A stretch of 64,000 bases of DNA, from assembly GCA_964410395.1 (NCBI GenBank), contig CAYPGS010000014.1, positions 11,771 to 75,770 on the forward strand, read 5' to 3'. The translations under genes and the position numbers were made by a program. The notes beneath the pieces were generated by a model that did no database searches, was not told the origin of the DNA, and worked only from the letters and a program-made list of their open reading frames with translations. Position 1 is the stretch's first letter; each line of letters starts with the position of its first letter. Positions 34,214 through 46,174 of the stretch are shown here, piece by piece. Source of the DNA: an uncultured bacterium. Lineage in GTDB: Bacteria > Krumholzibacteriota > Krumholzibacteriia > JACNKJ01.

Positions 34214-34972
34214 CTAGTTCTGGAAAGGAAACTCAACTGAATGGAGGTCGGTCACCGGTTTGGAGCGGAGGTCCAGGGTGTAGAAGGCGTCCACGATCAT
34301 GGTGGCCGCCGACTCGGGATCCATGCGCTCCATGTTGATCACGAGGTCGTAGTGCTCCTCCTCGCGGGATCCGGGCTTGAAATGGGTCTTGAGGAACTGC
34401 TCGCGCTTGCCGTCCAGCAGGATGAGCTCCTTGGCCGCCTGGCGCAGTCCGAGCGACTCCCCCTCGGCGAACCAGCGGGCCCGATCCTTGGCCGGCGCGA
34501 TGATGAGCACCCGCAAACCCACCTCGGGAGGTAGCAGGAAATTGCCTCCACGGCCGACGATGACGGCGTTCCCGTGCATGGCGATGGTGAACATCACCCG
34601 CTTCAGGTGCCGCAGATAGGACAGATGTCCCATGGATCGGGGGTCGAGAGCGAGCTGGATCCAGTCGTCCATGGCGCGGCGACATCCCTCATCGAGACTG
34701 TCCACGAACTGGCTCATGATGCCGGCGTCTTCGGCGATGAACTCGACGATTTCCTTGTCGAATCGGGGCCATTCGAGCTTCTCGGCCAGCAGGCTGCTGA
34801 CCTCGTCGCCACGGCTCCAGGGAAACCGACTCACCGTGATGAAGGGCCCCAGCTTGGTGCGCGTCTCGCCCAGCTCCGTCTCCCTGCGCCGGGTAACTTC
34901 CTGTCGGAGCTGCCAGTTCTGGATATGGCGATGTACGATATGATGAAGGTTCGCATCTCCGTAAGATCCCAT
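34214..34972 (-). CDS. Cytidylate-kinase-like family protein (degenerate glycine loop)
   Basis: ITVSRFPWSRGDEVSSLLAEKLEWPRFDKEIVEFIA matches the ITISRxxGSGGxxIaxxLAxxLgxxxxDxEi pattern of the cytidylate_kin2-type family, but GSGG is replaced by WSRG. Confidence 0.65.
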   Translation of the reverse strand: MGSYGDANLHHIVHRHIQNWQLRQEVTRRRETELGETRTKLGPFITVSRFPWSRGDEVSSLLAEKLEWPRFDKEIVEFIAEDAGIMSQFVDSLDEGCRRAMDDWIQLALDPRSMGHLSYLRHLKRVMFTIAMHGNAVIVGRGGNFLLPPEVGLRVLIIAPAKDRARWFAEGESLGLRQAAKELILLDGKREQFLKTHFKPGSREEEHYDLVINMERMDPESAATMIVDAFYTLDLRSKPVTDLHSVEFPFQN

Positions 34973-35080
34973 CCCAACCTCCTTTCATTTCCATTCTAGA
35001 GCGCTTCAAGGTCTTGGCAAGCCATGCCTTTGGCCTTTATTGCAGATGGAGCCTGCGCTAGGATTTCGCCGGGAGGGCAA

Positions 35081-38044
35081 ATGGCGTCACTGGAAACTTT
35101 CGAGGACGGGGTCGGCGTTTCCCAATTCGAACGGCTCATGCCCTTCAGAATTCGGGACATCCTGCTGGTTTCGAGCCTCTACGACTCCTTCATACTGGAA
35201 CAGGACGGGCATCTCACCGAGATGCTCATGACCGAGTATGCCGAGCTCAATCTGAGCTATGCGCCGGTCATCACGCGGGTCTCCTCGGGCGAGGAGGCTC
35301 TGGACCGACTCGCCGAGCGCCCCTTCGACCTGGTCATCACCATGACGCGCCTCGGCGACATGGAAGTCGAGGTCTTCGGTGAGGCCGCCAAGGAGCTCAG
35401 GCCCGACATTCCCGTGGTACTCCTCGTCTACTCCACACGCGAACTCGTGACACAGACCCACGGCGAAACCGATATCCCGGGCATCGATCTGGTCTTCGCC
35501 TGGCGTGGCGACGTGCGCATCCTGCTGGGCATCATCAAGTGCATGGAGGACACCCTCAACGCCGCTCCCGACACCGAGACCGCAGGCGTTCGCACTCTGC
35601 TGCTCATCGAGGATTCGGTACGCTTCTACTCCTCGTATCTGCCGATGCTCTACACGGAGTTCATGCGGCAGACACAGGGCCTCATGGTGGAGGGCATCGA
35701 CATTCGGGACAGGCTCCTGCGCATGCGGGCGCGTCCGAAGATCCTGCTGGCCCAGACCTTCGAGGAGGCCGAGCGTCTCTATTCCACCTTCCGCAAGACC
35801 ATGCTGGGCGTGATCACCGACGCGGAGTTCGCGCGGGACGGGGAAAAGGATCCGGAGGCGGGCGTCATTTTCGCGCGTCGGGTGCGAGAACAGGACCCGG
35901 AGCTGCCCATCCTCCTGCAGTCATCCAACGAGACGAGGGCCCGCGAGGCCCACGCCCTCGGCATCGGCTTCCTGCACAAGAACTCGCCCACGCTGCTTGC
36001 CGATCTGCGCCACTTCATGAAGACCCATCTGGGCTTCGGCCGTTTCGTCTTCACCCTGCCGGACGGCACGGAAGTGGGGCGAGCCGACGATCTCATGGGC
36101 ATGGCCCGGCAGCTCTCCCGCGTGCCCGCGGAATCCCTGCGCTTCCACGCCCTGCGGAACCATTTCTCGAACTGGTTCATGGCGCGAACCGAATTCGCCC
36201 TGGCCCAGCGTCTGCGCCCCCGCAAGGTCTCCGAGTTCGACGACATGGAGACCATGCGCGACTACCTGCTCGGCACCTTGGGGGAATACCGCGAAGCCGT
36301 CACCAGCGGTCGCATCAGCGATTTCCGACGGGGATACTACGATGCCAGCAGCAACTTCATGCGCATCGGCACGGGATCCCTCGGAGGGAAGGGCCGCGGT
36401 CTGGCCTTCATCAATTCCCTGTTCAGCCGCTCGGACTTCAAGGATTCCATTCCCGACGTGAAGGTCTTCGTGCCGCAGAGCGCCGTCGTCGGCACCGATG
36501 TCTTCGATCAGTTCATGGAGGAGAACGATCTCTACGGGGTGGCGCTCAGCGATCGGAGCGACGAGGCCATCGCCGCGGCCTTCTTGCGTGCGCGCATGCC
36601 CGAACAGGCCTTCGCCGATCTGCGCAGCTTCCTCGCCAATGTGGGATATCCCCTGGCCGTGCGCTCCTCGAGTCTGCTAGAGGACTCGCAGCACCAGCCC
36701 TTCGCCGGGGTCTACGTCAGCCACATGCTGCCCAACAACCATCCCGACGACTCCCTTCGTCTCAAGCAGCTCATCCACGCCATCAAGCTGGTCTACGCCT
36801 CGACCTACTTCGGGGCGGCCAAGGCCTACATCTCCTCCACGCCCAATCGCATCGAGGAGGAGAAGATGGCGGTGATACTGCAGCGCGTCGTGGGTAGGCG
36901 GCACGGCGAGGTGCTCTATCCCTGCATCGGCGGCGTGGGACAGTCGCACAACTACTATCCCGTGCACGGCATCGAGCCCGAGGACGGGGCGGCTTCGGTG
37001 GTGCTGGGTCTGGGCAAGGCGGTGGTGGAGGGAGAGCGTTCCCTCTGGTTCTCGCCCCTGCATCCTCAGATCCTGCCGCAGTTCCCCGGCCCCAAGGATT
37101 TCCTGGAGCATGCCCAGCGGGAGTTCTGGATGCTGGACCTCTCCAGGCCCGAGGCCTTCTCCCAGATCGACGGCAACGGCAGTCTGATCACGGCGGGTCT
37201 GGATCGCGCCGAGCGCGACGGCACGCTCTGGCCCATCGGCTCCACCTACATGCCCGACAACGACGCGGTCTACGACGGCATTTCCCGCGAGGGCATCCGG
37301 TTGGTCAGCTTCGCTCATATACTCAAGTCGGACTGGTATCCCCTGCCGGATATCCTCAGGAAGGTCCTGGGTCTGGGCAGTCGTGGTATGGCCGCTCCCG
37401 TGGAGATCGAGTTCGCGGCCAATCCCGATCGGGAGGGCGAGTGCGAGCCCGAATTCGCGCTTCTTCAGATCAGGCCCCTGGTTGTGGGGCGCGAGGAGAT
37501 GCGGGTGGAGAAGGACGATCTGGCCGAGGATCGCCTCTTGCTCTACTCCGAGCACGCGCTGGGCAACGGACGCCTGGAGGGGATCCGCGACATCGTCATG
37601 GTGCGCGAGGATGCCTTCCAGCGGGAGAAGACACCCGAGATCGCCCTCGAGGTCCGCAACCTGAATCGCAAGCTCGCCGACGAGGGCAAACCCTATCTGC
37701 TCATCGGCCCCGGGCGATGGGGCACCCGCGATCGCTGGCTGGGCATACCCGTGGCCTGGACCGACATCACCTGGGCCCGTGCCGTGGTGGAGACCGAGAT
37801 GGAAGGCGTGAAGGTCAACCCGAGCCAGGGCAGTCACTTCTTCCACAACATGATCTCCAATGAGGTGGCCTATTTCAGCGTGCTGGAAGGCGAGCGGGAC
37901 AGCCTGGTCAACCTGGAACCCCTGTCGACCCTGAAGGCGAAGGAGGAGACGGAACTGCTCCGGCACATCCGGTTGAAGCAGCCTCTCGAGATCCTGCTGG
38001 ACGGACATCGCGGGCGCGGCGCCGTGCTTCTCTCGAAGGACTAG
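35081..38044 (+). CDS. Large PEP/pyruvate-binding (PPDK N-terminal ATP-grasp) protein with two N-terminal receiver-like domains
   Basis: ATG at 35081 after GGGAGGG. FRIRDILLVSSLYDSFILEQDG and a second receiver-like block VRTLLLIEDSVRFY...GVITDAEF. The central GTGSLGGKGRGLAFI and VRSSSLLEDS are typical of PPDK_N. Confidence 0.8.
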   Translation: MASLETFEDGVGVSQFERLMPFRIRDILLVSSLYDSFILEQDGHLTEMLMTEYAELNLSYAPVITRVSSGEEALDRLAERPFDLVITMTRLGDMEVEVFGEAAKELRPDIPVVLLVYSTRELVTQTHGETDIPGIDLVFAWRGDVRILLGIIKCMEDTLNAAPDTETAGVRTLLLIEDSVRFYSSYLPMLYTEFMRQTQGLMVEGIDIRDRLLRMRARPKILLAQTFEEAERLYSTFRKTMLGVITDAEFARDGEKDPEAGVIFARRVREQDPELPILLQSSNETRAREAHALGIGFLHKNSPTLLADLRHFMKTHLGFGRFVFTLPDGTEVGRADDLMGMARQLSRVPAESLRFHALRNHFSNWFMARTEFALAQRLRPRKVSEFDDMETMRDYLLGTLGEYREAVTSGRISDFRRGYYDASSNFMRIGTGSLGGKGRGLAFINSLFSRSDFKDSIPDVKVFVPQSAVVGTDVFDQFMEENDLYGVALSDRSDEAIAAAFLRARMPEQAFADLRSFLANVGYPLAVRSSSLLEDSQHQPFAGVYVSHMLPNNHPDDSLRLKQLIHAIKLVYASTYFGAAKAYISSTPNRIEEEKMAVILQRVVGRRHGEVLYPCIGGVGQSHNYYPVHGIEPEDGAASVVLGLGKAVVEGERSLWFSPLHPQILPQFPGPKDFLEHAQREFWMLDLSRPEAFSQIDGNGSLITAGLDRAERDGTLWPIGSTYMPDNDAVYDGISREGIRLVSFAHILKSDWYPLPDILRKVLGLGSRGMAAPVEIEFAANPDREGECEPEFALLQIRPLVVGREEMRVEKDDLAEDRLLLYSEHALGNGRLEGIRDIVMVREDAFQREKTPEIALEVRNLNRKLADEGKPYLLIGPGRWGTRDRWLGIPVAWTDITWARAVVETEMEGVKVNPSQGSHFFHNMISNEVAYFSVLEGERDSLVNLEPLSTLKAKEETELLRHIRLKQPLEILLDGHRGRGAVLLSKD

Positions 38045-38056
38045 ATCAGGCGAATC

Positions 38057-38065
38057 TGCTATAAT
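38057..38065 (+). promoter_or_regulatory. Extended -10 element (TGcTATAAT) upstream of the BNR protein gene
   Basis: Located 13 nt after the upstream stop and 26 nt before the ATG at 38091, with AGGAGG in between. Confidence 0.4.
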
Positions 38066-38090
38066 TGGGATCATCCGCCAGGAGGCCCCT

Positions 38091-39743
38091 ATGCGCACGA
38101 TCGTCGCAACGATTCTGCTCGGTATCGCCGCCTTTACCTTCGCCGATCCCCTCGAAGAACCCCATTTCGCTCGCGAGGATCGCCTCCTCGCCGAACAGGC
38201 CGACCTGCCGCACTCTCTCGTGCAGCTCCTCGACGACGCCTATCTTCGAGAGTGGGACAACTGGAAGATCAACAGCGACACCACGGCCGAGCTGCAGAAC
38301 GAGCAGCAGGTAGCTGTGAACCCGCTGAATCCCGACAATCTCGTGGCGGTCTGGCGCGATTTTCGATTGGGATACCGCCGAGTGGGTGTTGGCTACAGCT
38401 TCGACGGCGGCCTCACCTGGACCGACACCCTCCTGCCCGATCACTTCTACACGCGGCACTCGGATCCGGGCATCACCTGGGACCGATTCGGAAACTTCTA
38501 TGCAGTGATCCTCTCCTACGAGGACACCAGTTCGCCCAACGGCCTCTTCGTGACCAGGTCCTCAGACGGCGGCGTCACCTGGGGTCCCCACGTGGCGGCC
38601 GTGGACGGGGTGCCCGGCGTTTTCGAGGACAAGGAACTCATCGCCTGCGATCGCACGGGCGGCGCCCACGATGGCAACCTCTACGTGACCTGGGCGCGAT
38701 TCTACAGCACCCAGATCTACAACGTGCGTTCCACCGACGGCGGACAGAGTTTCGAGAATCCCATCCGCATCAGCGATCAGGGCAGCGTGCAGTGGCCCGT
38801 GCCGGTGGTGGGAGCCGACGGCACCCTGGTGATCGCCTGGGTCTATCACGGCGGCCCGGCCATCCGCCTGGACCGTAGCTTCGACGGGGGGCAGACCTGG
38901 GGAAGCGACATCACGCTCACGAGCCTCTACACGGGCTCGGTGGACCTCAACGGCGGCATCCGGTCCTACTCCTTCCCGGCCATGGACTGCGACATTTTCG
39001 GAGGGCCGCACCACGGGCGCTTCTACGTGGCCTATATGGATCGGGTCTCGGGCGACCGCGACATCTATTTCCGCTATTCCGACGATAATGCCGCCACCTG
39101 GTCGCCTCGAGTACGCCTCAATGACGACGCCTACGGCAATGGCCGCGACCAATTCCATCCCTGGCTCTGCGTCAGCCCCGACGGTGCGATCAGCGTGGTC
39201 TTCTACGATCGTCGGAACGATCCGAGCAACTACCTCATGGATCTGTATTTTACCCAGTCGCTGGACGGAGGCGTGACCTGGTCGGAGAACCAGCGCGTGA
39301 CCACCGTGTCCTCCAATCCCAACGCGGGCGTGCGCGCCGGCCTCATCGGCGAGTACATCGGTCTGGCGGCCTCCAGCGCGGCCAGGGTGCATCCTGTCTG
39401 GACCGACACCCGCGAGGGCAACCAGGACACCTACACCTCGATCATCGGAAACAGCACGGGTGTGGCCGATGCCTGGTCTTCGGAACTTCGGCTCGCGGGG
39501 ATCCATCCGAATCCCTTCCGCGAAGACACGCGGATCTCCTACAGCGCCACCAGCGATGCCGAGGTCAGCGCTCGTATCTTCGATGTGCAGGGGCGTTTGG
39601 TGCGGGAACTGTCAGGCCGGAACGGCTCCGTGGCCTGGGATGGTCTCGACGCGGCCGGACGCCGGCTCGGAAGCGGGGTCTATCTGATCCAGCTGCACTC
39701 CCGGGGTGAAGTGAGGACTGGCCGAACCTTGCTGCTCAGGTAG
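38091..39743 (+). CDS. BNR/Asp-box repeat (sialidase-superfamily) secreted protein with CTD
   Basis: Six Asp-boxes: SFDGGLTWT, SSDGGVTWG, STDGGQSF, SFDGGQTWG, SDDNAATWS and SLDGGVTWS. The CTD is NPFREDTRISYSA...SGVYLIQL...GRTLLLR. No FRIP motif was seen, so substrate is open. Confidence 0.85.
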   Translation: MRTIVATILLGIAAFTFADPLEEPHFAREDRLLAEQADLPHSLVQLLDDAYLREWDNWKINSDTTAELQNEQQVAVNPLNPDNLVAVWRDFRLGYRRVGVGYSFDGGLTWTDTLLPDHFYTRHSDPGITWDRFGNFYAVILSYEDTSSPNGLFVTRSSDGGVTWGPHVAAVDGVPGVFEDKELIACDRTGGAHDGNLYVTWARFYSTQIYNVRSTDGGQSFENPIRISDQGSVQWPVPVVGADGTLVIAWVYHGGPAIRLDRSFDGGQTWGSDITLTSLYTGSVDLNGGIRSYSFPAMDCDIFGGPHHGRFYVAYMDRVSGDRDIYFRYSDDNAATWSPRVRLNDDAYGNGRDQFHPWLCVSPDGAISVVFYDRRNDPSNYLMDLYFTQSLDGGVTWSENQRVTTVSSNPNAGVRAGLIGEYIGLAASSAARVHPVWTDTREGNQDTYTSIIGNSTGVADAWSSELRLAGIHPNPFREDTRISYSATSDAEVSARIFDVQGRLVRELSGRNGSVAWDGLDAAGRRLGSGVYLIQLHSRGEVRTGRTLLLR

Positions 39744-39770
39744 CTGTCGGCCGCCAGCTACCTGCCTACA

Positions 39771-39800
39771 AAAACCCCCGGCCTTTCGGCCGGGGGATCT
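39771..39800. terminator. Bidirectional intrinsic terminator
   Basis: AAAA-CCCCCGGCC-tttc-GGCCGGGGG-ATCTTTCT lies between convergent genes (39743 + and 39845 -). Confidence 0.7.
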
Positions 39801-39805
39801 TTCTG

Positions 39806-39844
39806 GCTGGCAGCTGGGTGCTGGAAGCTGGTAGCTGGTAGCTC
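39806..39844. repeat. Heptanucleotide tandem repeat (GCTGGNN) x5 directly 3' of the gdhA stop
   Basis: gctggca gctgggt gctggaa gctggta gctggta gctc. In gdhA sense this reads UAG-GAGC-(UACCAGC)2-UUCCAGC-ACCCAGC-UGCCAGC. Confidence 0.6.
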
Positions 39845-42798
<2,954 letters not shown>

Positions 42799-43024
42799 CG
42801 GCAATCCTCCTGCTAAAACGTTCGGATATGGAGGATGATCCATGAATTAGGAAAAATCAAGAGTATCCATAAAAAAGTTTGGAAAGAAGAAATCTTCACC
42901 GAATAATTGCAAGAATATCAGATCATTCTCGAATATTACTAGGCTTCTCCTGGGCCAGGAAGCGTTGACCGTACTTCCGGGGGCGGATAAGATCAGTTCG
43001 GACGTTCAGGCATCCGAGGTTCAC

Positions 43025-44026
43025 ATGCCCACCAATCTCCCTCCTCCGTACTTCAAGGTCGAAGAGAAGTACAAGGCCGCGCGGGATCCGGCCGAGAAGA
43101 TCGCCCATCTGCGCGAGATGATGTCCATCATGCCCCGGCACAAGGGCACCGACAAACTCTGGGGAGAGCATCGCAAGAAACTGTCCCAGCTCCAGGAACA
43201 GATCGAGCAGCAGAAGAAGAGCAAGGGAGGGGGGCACAACCCCTGGTTCGTCCACAAGGGCGACTCCCCGCAGATCCTGCTTCTCGGAGCGCCGAATAGC
43301 GGACGAAGCACCATCGTGGCCGGTCTGACGAACGCCCACGCCGAGGTGGCGGAGTACCCCTACAGCACCCAGCTTCCGATGCCCGGCATGATGCCCTACA
43401 AGGATGTTCAGGTCGAACTCGTCGACACCCCGCCTGTGGCGCACTTCCCCCTGGATTCCTGGATCCTCGATCAGGCCCGCAGCGCCGATGCCCTGATCAT
43501 CTTCGGCGATCTCTCCGCTCCCGACTGCTGCGACATTCTCACGGGAATCATCAGCGGTCTCGAGGAGCGCAGCCTCTTCCCCATTGAGTGGCCCGATCCG
43601 GAGAATCCCGACAAGGCCGTGAACCAGCGGCCGACTCTTCTCGTCATGAACAAGGCCGATCATCCCGACGCCGAAGTGAACCTTGAGTTTCTGGATGAAC
43701 TCCTGGGCGAAGGCCTGCCGCGCATCGTCTGCAGCGCCAACACGCCCGAAGGTCTCGAAACCTTCCGCGAGGCGGCCTGGGCCATGCTGCGTATGGTGCG
43801 GGTCTACACGAAGGCACCCGGCAAGAAGGCCGAGGAGAAGGAGCCCTACATGCTCCCGGAGGGCTCTTCGGTGCTGGATCTCGCTGGCAAGGTACACCGG
43901 GATTTCATCGAGCAGTTCGATTCGGCGAGGATCTGGGGCAGCGGAAAGTTCGACGGCCAGACCGTCGATCGCGAACACGTGGTGAAGGACGGCGACGTGG
44001 TGGAAATCCATCTGAAGACCGGTTGA
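43025..44026 (+). CDS. OBG/DRG-type GTP-binding protein with C-terminal TGS domain
   Basis: P-loop LLGAPNSGRSTIV, VELVDTPP and VMNKAD. The C-terminal VRVYTKAPGKK...LPEGSSVLDLAGKVHRDF...VKDGDVVEIH is a TGS fold. Confidence 0.85.
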   Translation: MPTNLPPPYFKVEEKYKAARDPAEKIAHLREMMSIMPRHKGTDKLWGEHRKKLSQLQEQIEQQKKSKGGGHNPWFVHKGDSPQILLLGAPNSGRSTIVAGLTNAHAEVAEYPYSTQLPMPGMMPYKDVQVELVDTPPVAHFPLDSWILDQARSADALIIFGDLSAPDCCDILTGIISGLEERSLFPIEWPDPENPDKAVNQRPTLLVMNKADHPDAEVNLEFLDELLGEGLPRIVCSANTPEGLETFREAAWAMLRMVRVYTKAPGKKAEEKEPYMLPEGSSVLDLAGKVHRDFIEQFDSARIWGSGKFDGQTVDREHVVKDGDVVEIHLKTG

Positions 44027-44115
44027 AACCCGCCCCAGGATGCTCCGTAGCGCCCCCGTAACCCTTCCCGGATAGGGGAGGTCCAAGAAATTGAGTCCCC
44101 ATACCGGAGGTTTGC

Positions 44116-44856
44116 ATGAAGAACCTGAAGAGGAAGAAGACGATCGCCGTTCTGGCCGCCGCCGCCCTGATCTGTTTCGTGGGGGGCGCGGCCCTGGCCG
44201 GCGAACACGAACATGCGGAAGATGATTTCTGGAGTGACGACGAGTTCTTCGCGGATGACGACCTCTTCGAGGCCACAGGCAGCGGAGGAGGGCCCTCACT
44301 GACCTGGTTCGACATGGACTTCGACGCGGTCAACGAGGTGCTGAGCGCCGAGGGCCTCGAGGAACTTCCCGAAAACAACCTGTATTGGGGGGGCGCAGGC
44401 TGGGGCGGCATGCGCACCGGCGAGCGCACCTTCGTGGCCATCGGTGGCGGCGGCTTCGGTGGAGGATCCGAAAGTCGCTCGGGCGGAGATCGCACCAAGT
44501 GGAGCCTCAGCGGCGGCTACTTCGCCCTGAAAGGCATCTACGCACCCCATCCTCGTTTCTTCTTCGAGGGAGGTCTTCAGATCGGCGGCGGAACTTCCCA
44601 CATCTGGGCCGAGACCCAGGAGGACGACGGGGATATCGTCGTGAAGGTGCGGGGCAACCGCAACTTCGTGCTGCTCCGGCCCCACGCGGGTCTGGACATC
44701 CGGCTCGCCCGCTGGGTGGGCATCCTGGTGGAGGGCGGCTACTCGCTTTCTTCCGGAAGCTGGAACCTGGACGGCAATGATGACCTGATCCAGGAACTGG
44801 ACCTCGACAAGAACGACGGACCCTACGCCTCCGTGATGGTGAGGTTCGGTATATAG
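44116..44856 (+). CDS. Hypothetical secreted Gly-rich protein, possibly a small outer-membrane beta-barrel
   Basis: Signal peptide KKTIAVLAAAALICFVGGAALA, an acidic linker, then alternating beta-strand-like segments ending in VMVRFGI. Confidence 0.6.
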   Translation: MKNLKRKKTIAVLAAAALICFVGGAALAGEHEHAEDDFWSDDEFFADDDLFEATGSGGGPSLTWFDMDFDAVNEVLSAEGLEELPENNLYWGGAGWGGMRTGERTFVAIGGGGFGGGSESRSGGDRTKWSLSGGYFALKGIYAPHPRFFFEGGLQIGGGTSHIWAETQEDDGDIVVKVRGNRNFVLLRPHAGLDIRLARWVGILVEGGYSLSSGSWNLDGNDDLIQELDLDKNDGPYASVMVRFGI

Positions 44857-44935
44857 GCGCTCGCGGCCTTTCCTCACGACTCCGCGCTCGAAGACTCGCA
44901 AGTCGCGTTCGGAAATCCGCTTCGCTTTCGAGAAG

Positions 44936-44964
44936 AACCCCCGGCCCCTGGTCGGGGGTTTCTT
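44936..44964 (+). terminator. Intrinsic terminator
   Basis: AACCCCCG-gcccctggt-CGGGGGTT followed by TCTT. Confidence 0.7.
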
Positions 44965-45140
44965 AGTTACCGGCTTTCGCTACATGCCAGCCTATGCCCG
45001 GCAGAGTTGGAATCACCTACAGAGTTGCGATTCGAATTGCGAAGCAGTTTCCCGCAGCGCGACTGTGAGACCGGCCAATCCTGAGTATGAGTTGGGATGA
45101 ATGACCGGTCGAACCGGAGCGGCAAGGGAAAGCTGCGAGC

Positions 45141-45170
45141 AATAGAAAACCCCGCGCCGAAGCGCGGGGT
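45141..45170 (-). terminator. Intrinsic terminator after Cys-rich gene copy 1
   Basis: Minus-strand ACCCCGCGC-uucg-GCGCGGGGU followed by UUUCUAUU. Confidence 0.75.
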
Positions 45171-45200
45171 CAAAAACAAGCCTAGTCGATGCTATCGATA

Positions 45201-45860
45201 CTAGTAGAGGCTCTTGACGTTGGAGAAGGTGGTCTCCTCGGTCGCGGTGCCGCAGCTGGTGTCGAGAGTCACGTAATCGACGAGCATGTTGTCGTTGGTG
45301 CCGATGTCGCAGTACAGCCAACCGAGGCAGAGCTCGGCGGTGGTGCCGCAGTAGGCGCCGACGTCAATCTGTCCCCAGAAGCTGCTGGCGGTATTCCAGC
45401 TGCCATAGGTGTGCTCGCTGAGGTCCATGACGTGATCAAAGACGATGTTGCCATCGACCGTCACATACATGTAGCCGCAGCCGTTGTTGACGTAGCCCAT
45501 CCAGTACCAATCGAGATACATGCCGTCGAAGAAGATCGACTGGCAGAAGCTGTTCTCGTTAGCATCACCGCAGAATCCGCCGAGCCAGGCAACGAACACA
45601 CCGTCATAGGCGGGATAGCCCCAGACGGCGATGGGATCGAGGATCCAGGCACAGGTGGTGCTGGTGTAGCAAGTCCAGGCGGAGCCGGCATCGCATTCGC
45701 CGAACTCGAAGCTGCCGTCGTTCACGAGGCCAAGACGGTCACCGACGGTGACATTGTCACCGGTACCAGGAAGCACGAGGCCATCCTTGGTGAGGGTGCC
45801 GGCGGTGGCGCTGGCAGCGAAAGCGAGAGCGATGAGGACAAACGTTAACTTCTTCAGCAT
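45201..45860 (-). CDS. Secreted Cys/Trp-rich 219-aa protein, jelly-roll (CBM-like) candidate, copy 1
   Basis: Signal peptide MLKKLTFVLIALAFAASATA. NDGSFEFGE opening and LVDYVTLD closing resemble carbohydrate-binding-module-type beta-sandwiches. It has 10 Cys, ends in FSNVKSLY, and lacks the CTD. Confidence 0.75.
   Translation of the reverse strand: MLKKLTFVLIALAFAASATAGTLTKDGLVLPGTGDNVTVGDRLGLVNDGSFEFGECDAGSAWTCYTSTTCAWILDPIAVWGYPAYDGVFVAWLGGFCGDANENSFCQSIFFDGMYLDWYWMGYVNNGCGYMYVTVDGNIVFDHVMDLSEHTYGSWNTASSFWGQIDVGAYCGTTAELCLGWLYCDIGTNDNMLVDYVTLDTSCGTATEETTFSNVKSLY
45373..45632. repeat. 260-nt tract perfectly identical to 46347-46606
   Basis: Base-by-base comparison of the two gene copies (offset 974 nt). 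Flanking coding sequence diverges on both sides. Confidence 0.9.
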
Positions 45861-45909
45861 GTTGCTCCTCCAGTTGAGTCAATTATGCATGGCAGAAACG
45901 GTGCAATTG

Positions 45910-45937
45910 GTGGCAGGACACGCATTGGTCCTGCCAC
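45910..45937 (-). other. 10-bp perfect stem-loop in the 5' leader of copy 1
   Basis: GTGGCAGGAC-acgcattg-GTCCTGCCAC lies between the predicted -10 and the RBS (GGAGGAGCAAC-ATG). Confidence 0.4.
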
Positions 45938-45946
45938 GGTAAACAA

Positions 45947-45976
45947 ATTCTACCATACGCCTTATCGGCAATTCAA
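45947..45976 (-). promoter_or_regulatory. Near-consensus promoter of copy 1
   Basis: Minus-strand TTGAAT-N18-TAGAAT with TG (TGgTAGAAT). Confidence 0.55.
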
Positions 45977-46045
45977 GGTGGAACTTAACCCCGAAATTGA
46001 AACTTCTTGAGTCCGATTTCTCTCAGAAAGGAATGGAAAGTTGGA

Positions 46046-46077
46046 TGTAAAAAGGAGCGACCCTGGGGGCCGCTCCT
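46046..46077 (-). terminator. Intrinsic terminator after Cys-rich gene copy 2
   Basis: Minus-strand GGAGCGGCCCCCAGGGUCGCUCC hairpin followed by UUUUUAC. Confidence 0.75.
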
Positions 46078-46174
46078 CTCGCAGGTCGAGCTCCTACGAT
46101 TACTCAATCGGAGTTCCGGGTTTGGTTACCCGGATTGATCAACATGCTTTAATGCAGGTACAACCTTACTAAAA

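Noticed and set aside
44966-45140. Possible tRNA or small RNA (CCGG-TCGAA-CCGG T-arm-like hairpin) in the 175-nt spacer upstream of the Cys-rich gene terminator.
   Set aside because: The hairpin has a 4-bp stem and 5-nt loop, not a 5-bp stem with a 7-nt T-loop. No acceptor, D or anticodon arms can be drawn. The ORFs there (70 and 102 aa) are low-complexity.
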